Virus record (IMG/VR): IMGVR_UViG_3300047322_000252
Span: 54,221-118,220 of that record
Length of the DNA: 64,000 nt
Source: a virus
Direction: 5' to 3' (one strand)
Each line of letters begins with the position of its first letter. The first letter of the stretch is position 1. The notes under the pieces are model-generated. The model made no database searches, was not told the origin of the DNA, and saw nothing but the letters and a program-made list of their open reading frames with translations. Below, one piece after another: positions 10,243-21,000 of this stretch. A program made the translations under genes and the position numbers.

Positions 10243-10746
10243 CTACGGACGGTTCTCCAGGATGTACGCCGCCCTGTCCGAGATGTCAGTCTTGGACAGG
10301 GTGGCAACTTCCTCAGCCTGATCCAGGCTGGTGTTCATGGAGCGCTTCAACTTGCGCAGCGACTTCCCGATGGAGGTCTTGCCGGGCACCTTCTGCGTGA
10401 GGTTGTCGATGTCCTCGAAGGTGACAGCCAGCCGGGTGAGGATGTCGCTGACGGCCTTCTTCACGTTCGGCTCTCCGGTGCCGGGACCCGTAGGCCCCCA
10501 GGCGTCGGCCAGCTTGTACAGGAAGCCCTCGTCACTCACCGGACGAGGGATGACCACGTTGCGGTCCTCCATCGCCAGGCGACCGGGCAGCGAGTAGCGA
10601 GCCTGGCGGAAGTTGTGGGCCGGTTCCTGGATGGCCGTGCAGATCTCATCGAGCGTGGCCGGGCCGTTCATGTCCAGGAACGTGATGACGTTGTTGATCA
10701 GGACGTAGTGGACGGAGTCACGAGGGTCCATCTTCCTGCGGGTCAT
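10243..10746 (-). CDS. Putative winged-helix DNA-binding protein with coiled-coil C-terminus
   Basis: ITFLDMNGPATLDEICTAI..PAHNFRQAR pattern; ATG 10746 overlaps the upstream TGA. Confidence 0.5.
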   Translation of the reverse strand: MTRRKMDPRDSVHYVLINNVITFLDMNGPATLDEICTAIQEPAHNFRQARYSLPGRLAMEDRNVVIPRPVSDEGFLYKLADAWGPTGPGTGEPNVKKAVSDILTRLAVTFEDIDNLTQKVPGKTSIGKSLRKLKRSMNTSLDQAEEVATLSKTDISDRAAYILENRP

Positions 10747-11633
10747 CACTCCCCCCTGGCCATGGCGTCGAGTTCGGCTTCGATGGTGCCGTTGATCTCG
10801 CCACGAGCCGCCGTGGCAGCCATGTCGAGGAGGTCCAGCGTCTCGTTGGCCGAGCCGACGAGGTCTTCTTCGTGCCGCACATCGGGATCGAGTCCGGCCC
10901 ACGCCGTGCGGAACTCCTCCACCTTGCGGGTGGCCTCGTTGAGCAACCCGACGACGAAGAGGAACGCCTCGTTCTCGGCGGCGATCACCTTGGGCCTCTT
11001 GCCCTTGGGCCAGTCGCCCTCGGCCAGGCGCTTGCGGTTCTGGATCACACGGCGGTTCTGTGATGCCTTCGCCGTGGCTTGGCTCAGCGTCTCGGTGTCG
11101 CCCTCATCGATGGCTTCCTGGATGGCAGCCTGACGTTCGATCTTGCGCACGATCGTGGGCCGGTCCTCAGTGATGCGGGCCACCACGGCAGCAGCATCAG
11201 CATCGGAGAGGTTCTGCGCCAGCACTTCGACGTCGAGTTCCTTGCGGGCGATGGAGCGGCCGACAGCGGCCTCGTCCTTCTCGACGTAGCGCTTCTTCCC
11301 CGAGTCGTCCTGGCGACCGGGCCAGGGTGTGGCGGGCAACTCGACACGGTCACCGGGACCGATGTCCAGGGCACCGTTGGCGTCGATCCACGCTTGGTGG
11401 TACGCAGCCACGGTGTCTGCCTTTCGCAGCCCGGCGATACCGAGCTTGGCGAAGGCGGTGAAGGTCAACTTCTCCCCTTTCCGGGAGAGGTCTGACCGTT
11501 GGCCCTGGCTGGGACGGGTGAAGGCGAAGACGAGTGCTGAGCGCTCGTACTCCTTCGTGGTGAGCAGCGCCTCCAAGCCGTTGAGCTTGGTGGTGACCTC
11601 CTCGATGGAGGCCGGGATGGTGATGCGAGGCAA
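10746..11633 (-). CDS. Hypothetical protein
   Basis: TTG start at 11633 after GAAAGGAAAGG RBS; translationally coupled to the next gene. Confidence 0.65.
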   Translation of the reverse strand: MPRITIPASIEEVTTKLNGLEALLTTKEYERSALVFAFTRPSQGQRSDLSRKGEKLTFTAFAKLGIAGLRKADTVAAYHQAWIDANGALDIGPGDRVELPATPWPGRQDDSGKKRYVEKDEAAVGRSIARKELDVEVLAQNLSDADAAAVVARITEDRPTIVRKIERQAAIQEAIDEGDTETLSQATAKASQNRRVIQNRKRLAEGDWPKGKRPKVIAAENEAFLFVVGLLNEATRKVEEFRTAWAGLDPDVRHEEDLVGSANETLDLLDMAATAARGEINGTIEAELDAMARGE

Positions 11634-11765
11634 GGTGCCTTTCCTTTCGTAGGCTTCGGTTTCTACACCCTCGGCCTCGCAGGAGTCAACAAGAAGCCCC
11701 ACATTGACTTCTTGATGGGCCGTATGGCATGTATGCAACAGAACGAGCATTGACACTGACATGAA

Positions 11766-11800
11766 GAGAGGCCCCCCGTACCAACACCGGGGGGCCTCTC
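11766..11800. terminator. 13-bp stem hairpin
   Basis: GAGAGGCCCCCCG...CGGGGGGCCTCTC. Confidence 0.5.
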
Positions 11801-11951
11801 CTGTCCTGCATGCTCCTGCTGCCTTCTCTGGGCGCTGGAGCGCACGTACATCCTACCCTTCATACTCCGGGCCTCCTGGACAGGGCCTGTGACACTTGCC
11901 ACGACCCTTCACTTCCGGGGCCTTCCCTGCCTCATAGAGAGTATGGAAACC

Positions 11952-12044
11952 ATGGAGTGCCCCATCTGCCACGTCCAGCGCCCTGAGGATGTACACCTCG
12001 ACTGGTGTACCTACGAGGGTCCCGAGCCTGCTGACCAGGACTAG
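11952..12044 (+). CDS. Possible 30-aa Cys/His peptide (MECPICHVQRPEDVHLDWCTYEGPEPADQD)
   Basis: ATG...TAG with CxxC..H...C; below the ORF-track length cutoff. Confidence 0.35.
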   Translation: MECPICHVQRPEDVHLDWCTYEGPEPADQD

Positions 12045-12060
12045 CGCCCGTCAATGTCAA

Positions 12061-12088
12061 TGGGACGGAGTCCTAAGACTCCGTCCCA
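12061..12088. other. Perfect 12-bp stem hairpin upstream of the replication genes
   Basis: TGGGACGGAGTC-CTAA-GACTCCGTCCCA. Confidence 0.55.
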
Positions 12089-12364
12089 GTGGCGACTCAT
12101 GGTGTTGCGGCCTAGGAGTTGCTGTTGGAGTGCGTCCCTGATCAACACGTTCCACGATGGGCGGTGAGGCTCCCTACCATCCACGAGGGTTGGTAGGAAG
12201 GGGGCGACGAGTAGTTGCTTCTCTCTTCTCTACGTGTCTGCTATGTCTCTCGGTTGCTTGGGGTTACCGCCTCGGGTGGGTTGCCTTCGCACGAAGCTGA
12301 TGACGGAGCCGGACGGATTGCGGCGTGGTCTACCCCCGGTTCCGAAACCTGTCAACATGTCGGG

Positions 12365-12823
12365 ATGGCCAGAGACGGACGCCGGGGTGATGACCCGGCA
12401 TGGGAGGGCACGCTGCCGACAGGTGGACGGAGGAAGAAGGACCCCGCACTGCTGAACCGACTGCGGGAGCACTTCTGGCGACAGATGGACAGTGTGCCCC
12501 TGTCCGTACCTCGGTGGGACTCGATCCCCCGTATGAACGCCAACATGAAGTGGATGCTGGAGGGTGGCGACGGCCGACCACCGATCCCCGAGGACCTACT
12601 ACGGGTGTCGTTCGAGTACTTCCGCAACGACGTGGACTCGTTGGACCTTGGTCCACAGACGCCGTGTTGGAACGTGTACTTCGCACGGCGCACCACCTAC
12701 CTGCGTCAAGCCGCTGCTGCTCAGGCCGGGTCCCGAGGCGACGGTCATACTGTGGTGGTTGGGGACATTGCTGGGGATAAGCCTGTGAGGAAGCGGAGGC
12801 GTGTCATCCGTCGTGAGACGTGA
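12365..12823 (+). CDS. Hypothetical protein, possible replication initiator partner of the DnaC-like ATPase
   Basis: GTGA coupling to the AAA gene; start uncertain (ATG 12365 chosen). Confidence 0.5.
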   Translation: MARDGRRGDDPAWEGTLPTGGRRKKDPALLNRLREHFWRQMDSVPLSVPRWDSIPRMNANMKWMLEGGDGRPPIPEDLLRVSFEYFRNDVDSLDLGPQTPCWNVYFARRTTYLRQAAAAQAGSRGDGHTVVVGDIAGDKPVRKRRRVIRRET

Positions 12824-13434
12824 CTACTGTGGCTGCCCACATGGACACAGCCTTCGCCTCCGAGGTCTGGCCGATCCCCGCTCGCTTCGCTCGCATCGAG
12901 CCGAGGCAGTGGGCCGTCCGTGGTGCCAAGGACTACCCGGCTGAGTGGGAGATCGCCAAGTCGTGGCTCGCCAAGTTCCGCTCCTACCTCGTCGGCTCGC
13001 CCTTCCCCGAACTGATCGGTCAAGGCCTACTCCTCACCGGGCCTGCGGGCACCGGCAAGACCATGCTCGCTTCGAGCTTCATCACCTACCTGCGGGGCAA
13101 ACAGTTCTCCACCGCCTTCATACGGGACCGGGACCTGTACAGCCTCCTGGACATGCGCTACCCCTCCGACGACGTCATGGACCGGCTCTGGCTGGTGGAG
13201 CGGTGCGCCTGCCTCGTCATCGATGACGCCCTGCGCATGGGCGGCAAGAGCGAACTGCTGGAGCCGTTCCTCCGATACCGCCAGGACGAGGGCAAGCCCA
13301 CCATCGTGACGATGAACAACCAGGTGGCGGTCAGCGAGGTGCTGGGCAGCTTCCTGCACTCCTACACGGCCATCAACCTGGCGGGCGAGGACCGAAGGGT
13401 CAACCCCATCGAGGTGCGTGGTGCAAGATGGTGA
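12820..13434 (+). CDS. DnaC/IstB-like AAA+ ATPase (helicase loader)
   Basis: GLLLTGPAGTGKT Walker A, LVIDD Walker B, R....KPTIVT.N, G.DRR. Confidence 0.85.
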   Translation: MTTVAAHMDTAFASEVWPIPARFARIEPRQWAVRGAKDYPAEWEIAKSWLAKFRSYLVGSPFPELIGQGLLLTGPAGTGKTMLASSFITYLRGKQFSTAFIRDRDLYSLLDMRYPSDDVMDRLWLVERCACLVIDDALRMGGKSELLEPFLRYRQDEGKPTIVTMNNQVAVSEVLGSFLHSYTAINLAGEDRRVNPIEVRGARW

Positions 13435-13840
13435 TCTGGGCGTCTGGGAACAGCGTCGCATCTTGTTGGTGCTAGAGGACACGCTCGCTCACGTCACCGG
13501 CCACAACGAGGGGCGCATCCGCAGGACGTGGGCGCCCAACCCGGCCGACGAGTGGGTGTGGGGCCTCACCACGGTGAAGACCATCATGCGCTACGCCTTC
13601 AACAGCGTGCCGGTGGAGGTGGTCACCTTCATCTCCACCGATGTGGCGGCGCTCGCCGCCGACTGGTTCCTGCGCTACGACATCGACGTGTCCGAGGTGA
13701 CGTATCTCGACTTCGGCCACTTCACCAAGTCCCTGCTGTGGCGGCGCAACAACATCCAGGAGATCATCGACACCAACCAGGAGCGCCTGCTGCGGTACGG
13801 CCAGCTTGGTCGAGCCATCCTCTTCGACGGCGAGTTCTGA
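13418..13840 (+). CDS. Hypothetical protein, possibly HAD-like fold
   Basis: Coupled ORF; ILLVLEDTL N-terminal strand; similar layout to 49787. Confidence 0.5.
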   Translation: MVQDGDLGVWEQRRILLVLEDTLAHVTGHNEGRIRRTWAPNPADEWVWGLTTVKTIMRYAFNSVPVEVVTFISTDVAALAADWFLRYDIDVSEVTYLDFGHFTKSLLWRRNNIQEIIDTNQERLLRYGQLGRAILFDGEF

Positions 13841-15114
13841 TGGACTACGGCAACGGGTTGATCTCGTGCATCCTCAACGGCGAGGACCTGGGCACCGCCA
13901 TCGAGCGGGGTGTCACCGTGGCCTTCTTCACCGAGGAGCGGGACAAGGCCGTCTTCGGCTCCATGCTGCGGCACTACCAGAAGTACGGGACCACGCCCAC
14001 GCCCGACGTGATCCTCCAGTCATACCCGTCATACGAGATCGGGCAGTACCCGCACCCCACCGAGTACTACATCGACGCTCTCGCCAGCCGACGTCGCCAG
14101 GCCATCGTGATCAACGCCGCCCAGGAGGTGGTGGAGGCGTTGAACACCGAGGGCGACGATCCCGGGCAGGACGCCGTCAGTGTGATGGAGAAGGCCATCC
14201 TCCAGGCCCACTTCGAGACGTCCCCGGCCAAGCACGTGAGCTACGTGGACCTGTTGAAGCGCCGGGTGCCCGAGTGGATGAACGGGTTCAGCACGCCCTC
14301 CATCCCCTACGGCATCCCCACCCTGGACCTGCACACCGGAGGCATGAGGCCCGAGCAGTTCATCGTCCTCACCGGGTTGGCCAAGAGTCGCAAGACGTGG
14401 ACGGCGCTCTACATCGCCTCCAACGTCCACGTGTATGCCCCCGTTGTGTTCATAACATTCGAGATGTCCAACGACGAGCAGCTTGAACGGCTCGCCACCC
14501 TGTGGGGGAAGATCCCCTACGACATCGTGCGAGGGGACAAGACTCAACTCACCGAGGACCACTTCCACTCGATGACCCGGTTCCTCCACGTGCGGGAGCA
14601 GTTCTCCACCTTCCTCGGTGTCGAGGACGCAGCCGGGCACTCCACCGTCACGAGCATCCAGGCCCTCATCCAGGACACGGACCCGGCGCTGGTGGTCATC
14701 GACGGCGTCTACTTCATGACCGATGAGGTGACCGGCCTCCAGGGGTCCTCGGACCATCAGGCACTGACCAACATCAGCCGGGCGTTGAAGCGCTTGGCCA
14801 AGACGCAGAAGGTCGCCATCCTGGCCACCACCCAGACGTTGGCCGGGAAGATCAGCAAGGGCCGCACCAGTCTCTTCGGGATGGGCTACACGAGCGCCTT
14901 CTCCCAGGACGGGGACCTGGTCATCGGCATCGAGACACTGGAAGATCAACCCACTCTCGGCGTCATGCGTATCCTGGGCAACCGCTCCGGTCCCCAGGGC
15001 ATCGACTTCCACCTGGCATGGGACCTGAACACAGGTCTGGTCGAGGAAGTCGAAGGTGTGGCTGGTGAGAGCGGAGACGCTTCGGGAGGGTACGAGTATG
15101 ACGACATCGCTTGA
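13840..15114 (+). CDS. dnaB: DnaB-like replicative helicase
   Basis: GIPTLD..TGG.RP, variant Walker A GLAKSRKT, FITFEMS, LVVIDG.Y.M, ISR.LK.LA, QD.D. Confidence 0.9.
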   Translation: MDYGNGLISCILNGEDLGTAIERGVTVAFFTEERDKAVFGSMLRHYQKYGTTPTPDVILQSYPSYEIGQYPHPTEYYIDALASRRRQAIVINAAQEVVEALNTEGDDPGQDAVSVMEKAILQAHFETSPAKHVSYVDLLKRRVPEWMNGFSTPSIPYGIPTLDLHTGGMRPEQFIVLTGLAKSRKTWTALYIASNVHVYAPVVFITFEMSNDEQLERLATLWGKIPYDIVRGDKTQLTEDHFHSMTRFLHVREQFSTFLGVEDAAGHSTVTSIQALIQDTDPALVVIDGVYFMTDEVTGLQGSSDHQALTNISRALKRLAKTQKVAILATTQTLAGKISKGRTSLFGMGYTSAFSQDGDLVIGIETLEDQPTLGVMRILGNRSGPQGIDFHLAWDLNTGLVEEVEGVAGESGDASGGYEYDDIA

Positions 15115-16012
15115 CCTGACTCCATACCTGCAATCCATCGGGTTGCACGTCATGCGAGTCGAGGGCTTGGAGGTCCGGGCCTACTGTCCGGCTCACCCTG
15201 AGAGGCTGGGCAAGGAGGACCGCAGCGCCAGCTTCTACTTCAACCAGATGAAGCTGGTGGGCCACTGCTTCTCGTGCGACTTCAAGACCCCCACCCTGGA
15301 CGTGCTGGTCGAGTACCTGACGGGTGCTCCCGCCGAGGGTGACGTGGTGCTGGAGGCCCGCAAGCGCTCCCTCGCCGCCGAGGTGGACCGCATCTCGGTG
15401 CGCAAGGAGAGGGAGCTAGCCGACTCGGTGCGGTACATGGAGTGGACGTTGTCAGAACAGTTCCGCCCCGTACCCGAGCGGCTGCTGGAGATCCGCCGTA
15501 TCCTGCGGGCGGCGGCAGACTTCTTCCAGGTGAGATTCGACCGTGAGCACCGCTGCTGGGTGCTTCCCATTCGTTCTCCCCGAGGGGCGTTGTGGGGTTG
15601 GCAGCAGAAGCAGAACGGCGGTGTTTACAACTGGCCCAAGGAGGTCAAGAAGAGTGACACCCTCTTCGGATTCCACCTCTGCGAGAGCGATCGAGTGGCC
15701 CTGGTGGAGTCCCCCCTCGACGTCGTCCGTCTCCACCAGGCTGGAGTCCCGGCTGTGGCCTCCTTTGGCGCCGGAGTCAGCAACCGGCAGGTCGAGTTAC
15801 TGGCACGCAACTTCGGGTGTGTGGTCCTGGCGTTGGACAACGACTCTGCCGGGCTAGAGGCCATGCCCCGCCTGGAGCGCCAGTTGAAGAAGCGGACAGG
15901 GGTCGTACGCTGGGATTACTCTGGTCTGGCCAAGGGGAAGGACCCGGGGGACTACAGCAGCGACGAGGAGTTGACCACGGCATGGAAGCGGACACTGCGT
16001 CTTGGCCTCTGA
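15098..16012 (+). CDS. DNA primase (Zn finger + TOPRIM)
   Basis: CP.H...CFSC zinc finger; LVES..D and LALDND.AG TOPRIM; KDPGD. Confidence 0.9.
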   Translation: MTTSLDLTPYLQSIGLHVMRVEGLEVRAYCPAHPERLGKEDRSASFYFNQMKLVGHCFSCDFKTPTLDVLVEYLTGAPAEGDVVLEARKRSLAAEVDRISVRKERELADSVRYMEWTLSEQFRPVPERLLEIRRILRAAADFFQVRFDREHRCWVLPIRSPRGALWGWQQKQNGGVYNWPKEVKKSDTLFGFHLCESDRVALVESPLDVVRLHQAGVPAVASFGAGVSNRQVELLARNFGCVVLALDNDSAGLEAMPRLERQLKKRTGVVRWDYSGLAKGKDPGDYSSDEELTTAWKRTLRLGL

Positions 16013-17568
16013 CCGTTGAGCCGAGGCCTTATCAAGCGGAAGCCCTCGCACGCATGGTGGAGCGGGGGAACCAGCTACTCGCCCTCACGATGGGAGCGGG
16101 CAAGACCATCACGGCCCTGGCCGCAGTTGAACTACTGGCAGCGCAAGGCCTTGTCCGCACCGGGTTCGTCCTGTGCCCCAACTCGATCAAGTTTCAATGG
16201 CTGGATGAAATCCGCCGCCGAACAGGAGCGCCGTGCCAGGTCATCGATGGCACACGTGAGCACCGCCTCTTCCAGTACAAACATGCCCGTAGGTACCGCT
16301 ACAACATCAGCAACTACGACACGCTTCGGAACGACCTGGAACTACTGACCAACTGGGTGCCGGTCCCGGACTTCCTGATCGCTGACGAGGCCACCCAGAT
16401 CAAGAGCATGCGGGCGCAGCGCTCGAAGGTGTTGAAGCGTCTGGCCAAAGAGGTGCCGTACCGCTTCGCCCTCACCGGCCAGCCCATCGAGAACCGGCCC
16501 GAGGAACTGTTCTCCATCATGGAGTTTGTTGACAGAACAGTGTTGGGTCCGTTCATCAAGTTCGACCGCACCTTCATCAGCAGGGACCACTTCGGGCGCC
16601 CGGTGCGCTACCGCAACATGGAGACGCTGCGGGACTCGATGGCTCCGGTGATGTACCGCAAGAGCCGCAAGGACATCGAGGACTTCCTGCCCACCATCAT
16701 CCCGATGGAGATGCCGATCGAGCTATCCCCTGCGGTGCGGGCGGTCTACGACTTCATGGCACACGACTGCCTGGCTGCCATAGAACATGCCATAGAGGCT
16801 GGTGGGATGGGTAGCTTCGACGTGGCCAGCATCTACGGCCGCTCCGACCACGAGAACGCCAAGGGCAAGGCGATGGGCGAGATCATGGCCCGGCTCACCT
16901 GCATGCGCATGCTCTGCGACCACCCGGCCCTGCTGCTCCAGTCGGCCCAGGAGTATGACGACCCGGAGTCCGGTCGGGGATCGAAGTATGCAGCGTGGTT
17001 GGCTCACGAGGGCTTCCTGGACGAGCTAGCTGACGACGGCCACCAGAAGATGCTCGCCGCCTGCGACCTGATCGAGGAGATCGTGGGGGAGTCGGACACC
17101 AACAAGGTGGTCCTCTTCGCCTTCTTCAAGCCCATGCTGCGCATGATTCGGGCTGTCCTGGGCAAGCGGAAGATCGCCACCGTCATGCTCACCGGGGACC
17201 TGAACGCCCAGCAGCGGCGCCAGTCGTTGGACATGTTCCAGGGGCCGTGCCAGGTCCTGCTCTCCTCGGACGCCGGGCAGTACGGCATCGACCTGCCCCA
17301 CTGCAACTACCTGATCAGCTACGACCTGCCGTGGTCAGCCGGGGCCTTCGCCCAGCGGGTGGCCCGCATCGACCGCACTTCCAGCCTGTTCCCTCACGTC
17401 ACCGTTGTCACCATGATGTGTAGGGGCACGGTGGAGCAGCGCCAGTTCGACATGTTGACTCAGAAGCGCACCGTGGCCGAGACGTGGATCGATGGCATGC
17501 ACATCGACGGCAAGGGCGGATTGACATTGACACTCGACACCTTGCGGGGGTTCCTCCAGGCTGCCTAG
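15982..17568 (+). CDS. SNF2-family helicase
   Basis: PYQ, MGAGKT, DEA..IK, ALTGQPIEN...ELFSI, GIDL, YDLPWS....QR..RI.R. Confidence 0.9.
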   Translation: MEADTASWPLTVEPRPYQAEALARMVERGNQLLALTMGAGKTITALAAVELLAAQGLVRTGFVLCPNSIKFQWLDEIRRRTGAPCQVIDGTREHRLFQYKHARRYRYNISNYDTLRNDLELLTNWVPVPDFLIADEATQIKSMRAQRSKVLKRLAKEVPYRFALTGQPIENRPEELFSIMEFVDRTVLGPFIKFDRTFISRDHFGRPVRYRNMETLRDSMAPVMYRKSRKDIEDFLPTIIPMEMPIELSPAVRAVYDFMAHDCLAAIEHAIEAGGMGSFDVASIYGRSDHENAKGKAMGEIMARLTCMRMLCDHPALLLQSAQEYDDPESGRGSKYAAWLAHEGFLDELADDGHQKMLAACDLIEEIVGESDTNKVVLFAFFKPMLRMIRAVLGKRKIATVMLTGDLNAQQRRQSLDMFQGPCQVLLSSDAGQYGIDLPHCNYLISYDLPWSAGAFAQRVARIDRTSSLFPHVTVVTMMCRGTVEQRQFDMLTQKRTVAETWIDGMHIDGKGGLTLTLDTLRGFLQAA

Positions 17569-17622
17569 CCACAGGAGTACAGTGCGCCCCGGACGTCCTG
17601 ATGGACCACGAAAGGGGACCCA

Positions 17623-17967
17623 ATGTCCGATGTTGACACCACAGACGAAGTCGCCATCCAAGGCGAAGAGGAGCAGAAGGTCACGGACCGGGTTGCTGAG
17701 GCCGTTGCCGAGGTCAACCCTCCCGGTTCGGCCATCTACCCGGAGAACGACGCCGTACGGGGGGCGATGTCGGGCATGCCTGCGGGCAACACCGATGAGC
17801 TTCCGCCTGGCGCCGACTCGGTCCGGGAGGCCATGAAGGCGTCGCTGACCCCCGAAGAGGTCGAGGAAGGGGACGCCCAAGGAGTGGAGTTCCCGCCCGA
17901 GGTTTCTCGACAGGCGTCCAGCAAGCGCATCGGGAAGGGCAGCGGCGGCACCGACGACGTCGGTTGA
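17623..17967 (+). CDS. Acidic hypothetical protein
   Basis: AAGGGG RBS; followed by a terminator-like hairpin. Confidence 0.6.
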   Translation: MSDVDTTDEVAIQGEEEQKVTDRVAEAVAEVNPPGSAIYPENDAVRGAMSGMPAGNTDELPPGADSVREAMKASLTPEEVEEGDAQGVEFPPEVSRQASSKRIGKGSGGTDDVG

Positions 17968-17981
17968 CGGCGGGCAAGACA

Positions 17982-18013
17982 AAGGGCCGGGGTGGTCGAG
18001 CACCCCGGCCCTT
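17982..18013. terminator. Bidirectional terminator-like hairpin between convergent genes
   Basis: AAGGGCCGGGGTG-GTCGAG-CACCCCGGCCCTT. Confidence 0.7.
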
Positions 18014-18044
18014 CGCCGTGTCCTAGCCTTACCCCCAAGTCGGG

Positions 18045-21000
18045 CTAGGAGGTTTCACACGCCTGGCCGTCGCCGTCGTGGTCGAGGCCACCCGGGTTGG
18101 GAATGGCGGGGCTGCGGTAGTAGTCCCACCACGCCTGGGCGGCGTTGTGGTTCTGCACGCTGCCGAGGGCACCAGGGAAGTCGGCGCACTTGGCCACGGT
18201 GTTCGGGTCAGGACCAGACGGGGGTGTTGTGACAGCGTCACCGAACCACCCACTCAGGTCCACGATCAGGTCGGTGGCGGCGAAGCTCTTGAAGCACACC
18301 TGACCCGTCTCCGGAACCTTGACCACCGTCATGTTGGCGGCGCTCACCTGGTGGGCCGTGTAGTTGACCGATGACGTCTTGGTGGTCGTCCCGCAGGGGT
18401 ACACCTGGACGTAGCCATTGGCCGAGGGGTCAGCCACCGTGATGTTGAGCACCGCCGCTGCGATGCCCCGGGGCAGGCCCAGGTCCACGGCAAGCTCCTG
18501 GCCGGGAGCCAGGCGGCTGAACCCCGGTGTGCTGCGGGTGTCGAACAGCCGGGACGGAGCCACGGCGGTGAGGGTGGTGCCATCAGCACCCACGAACCAG
18601 CCCGCCAGGTCTGCGATCACCTGCGTGTTGGCGAAGCTCCGGAAGCAGAGCGTGCCTCCCGGTGCCTCCACGGCGGCGAAGTTGGCGATGGTCTGGCCCG
18701 CTGCGTAGTTCACGTTGGACGTGTTGGCCTCGGCGTCGCAGGGGTAGGCCCTGAGGTAGCCATCAGCCTGGGGCTGGTCCACCGTGAGGTTCAGCATCAT
18801 GGCCTCGGCCGTAGCCGGTGCCTCAGCGAGGTTGAACACCACCTGGTGTCCTGCCTGGAAGGCGTTGGGTCGGGAGTCGAGTACCCGGGTCGGGTCCACC
18901 GGCTGGTAGCCCAGCGCTCCGTCCCTATCGAAGTAGCCCGACAGGTCGATCACCACGTCGGTGGTCTGTTGTGACAAGAAGCAGACCCACCCGTCAGCGG
19001 GGATCGTGACAATCGCCACGTTGCTCACCGTCTGCCCGGTGCTGTAGTTCACCGTGCTGTTCTCCGGGACCGTGCCGCAGGGGTACACCCGCAGGAAGCC
19101 GGTGTCCTGAGGCTGCGTCACCGTGACCGTGAGCATGGCGGCGCTGTGCCCGCCGAGGTTGATGGCGTTCTGCTCACCGGCCTGCACCGGCTGGGCGTCC
19201 GTCCTGGTGTCCACCAGGCGCTCAGCGGGCTGCTGAGTGAACCGGAGGCCCTGGATCTGCGGCGGGGTCACCGGAGGCGCCACAGGAGGCACCACAGGGG
19301 GCGCCACCGGGGGCACCGTCTGGTCCAGGAGGTAGGTCACCGACTGCTGGACGACAGCGCCTCGGGAGTCGGTGGCCTTGACCACGATCTCCAGGTAGTA
19401 GTCCGGCGTGTCGTCCCCATGGCTGGGGAAGACGAAGTCCGGGCTGTCCTGGAAGGCGCCGGGATGCACGTGGCACTCGCCAGGTGAGGGGCAGTGGTGG
19501 ATCACCGGCTGGTACTGGACGCTGACGGCGTCGCCATCGGGGTCCCGCACTGTTGCGTCAACATGGAGGGCGTCACCGACGTGGAAGAGGCCCTGGGGCG
19601 GGACCACGTTCAGGACGGGGGCGTTGTTGCCCACGTTCACGGTCACCGTGGCCGAGGCCGTGGCGCCCAGGTCGTCGCTGACCGTCAGGATGGCCCGGTA
19701 GGAGCCGGGCGACGTGTAGGTGTGGCTCACCGTGGCCGGGGGCTGGTTGAGCGCCGACAGGGGCAGTGAGCCGTCCCCGAAGTCCATGGTCCACGTGCGG
19801 ATGGTGCCGTCCGTGTCGCCAGCGGAGGGAGAGAAGGTCACGCCCAACGGGGACAGGCCGATCAGCGGTGTGCCGACCAGGCGAGCGGTGGGTACGGCGT
19901 TGTCGCCACCCAGGTAGTGGATGCGGGTGATGTGACCGGCCCCGGTGCCAGGCGCACCGATGTCGGACACCATGACGTCGCCGCCCAGGCCCGCTTGGAT
20001 GCTGGTGATGGACCCCCACTGGCCGAGCGCACCGAAGGGGTGCTGGTGGTCGCCCACGAACAGATCGCCTCGGGCGTAGTCACCGAACCAGTAGCCCTGC
20101 TGGGCAGCCGGGTAGTTGCTTGTTACGACAACACCACCGACTGCGGCCGACTGAGCGGCCCGACCCACTTCAACGTGGGGCCAGGTCAGCAGAGGATCGG
20201 TGAAGGTGGCGTTGCACTCGGGGCTGTTGTCCAGCGTGGTGACCGTGGTGCCTTCCAGGCAGGGCCAGCCCAGGTTGTTGCCCTTGTTCACCACGTCCTG
20301 CTCTTCGGTGGTGTTCCAGCCCACGTCCCCGACCCGCAGGGTCGAGCCGTCGAGGGAGAAGCGGAAGGGGTTGCGGAGGCCGTAGGCCCACACCCGCTGC
20401 GCCCAATACTCGTCCCGGATGGGGTAGTCGTTCTGGCCGTTGATCTTGGCGGCGATGAAGGGGTTGTCAGCGACGGGCGTGCCGTCCTGGTTGATGTGGA
20501 AGATCTTGCCCCGAGGCGAGAACACGTCCTGGGCCGACAGGGACGACGGGTCCATGGCGCCGCAGTAGGACGAGCCGTCACCGTTGCCGACGTACAGGGT
20601 GCCATCCGGTGCTGTGATAACAGTGCCCACGGTGTGGCTGTCGGTGCAGACGGCCCCGTTGGTGGGCGACCACGACGGCAGGTTGTCCATGAGCACGACC
20701 TCGCTGGTGAAGTCGATGCCGGTGGGAGCGGTGGCCGGACCCAGGAGGGTCATCCGGCTCAACCGACCAGTCGGTAGGCCACCATCGGGGATGCAGGCCT
20801 GGTCATCGGAGGCCAGGGTGGTGGACTGGCAGTAGTCCCACAGCATGTTCACGTGCTTGGTGGTGGCGTAGTCACCGGCCAGGGAGATGCCGAGCAGGCC
20901 TCGGTCGCCCTGGTAGTAGGCGGGCATGTTGCCGATGATGGTGGCGGTGGCGTCCGAGGCGTCCATGCCGTCGCCTGTTACGTCAACACGTGTCACCCGC

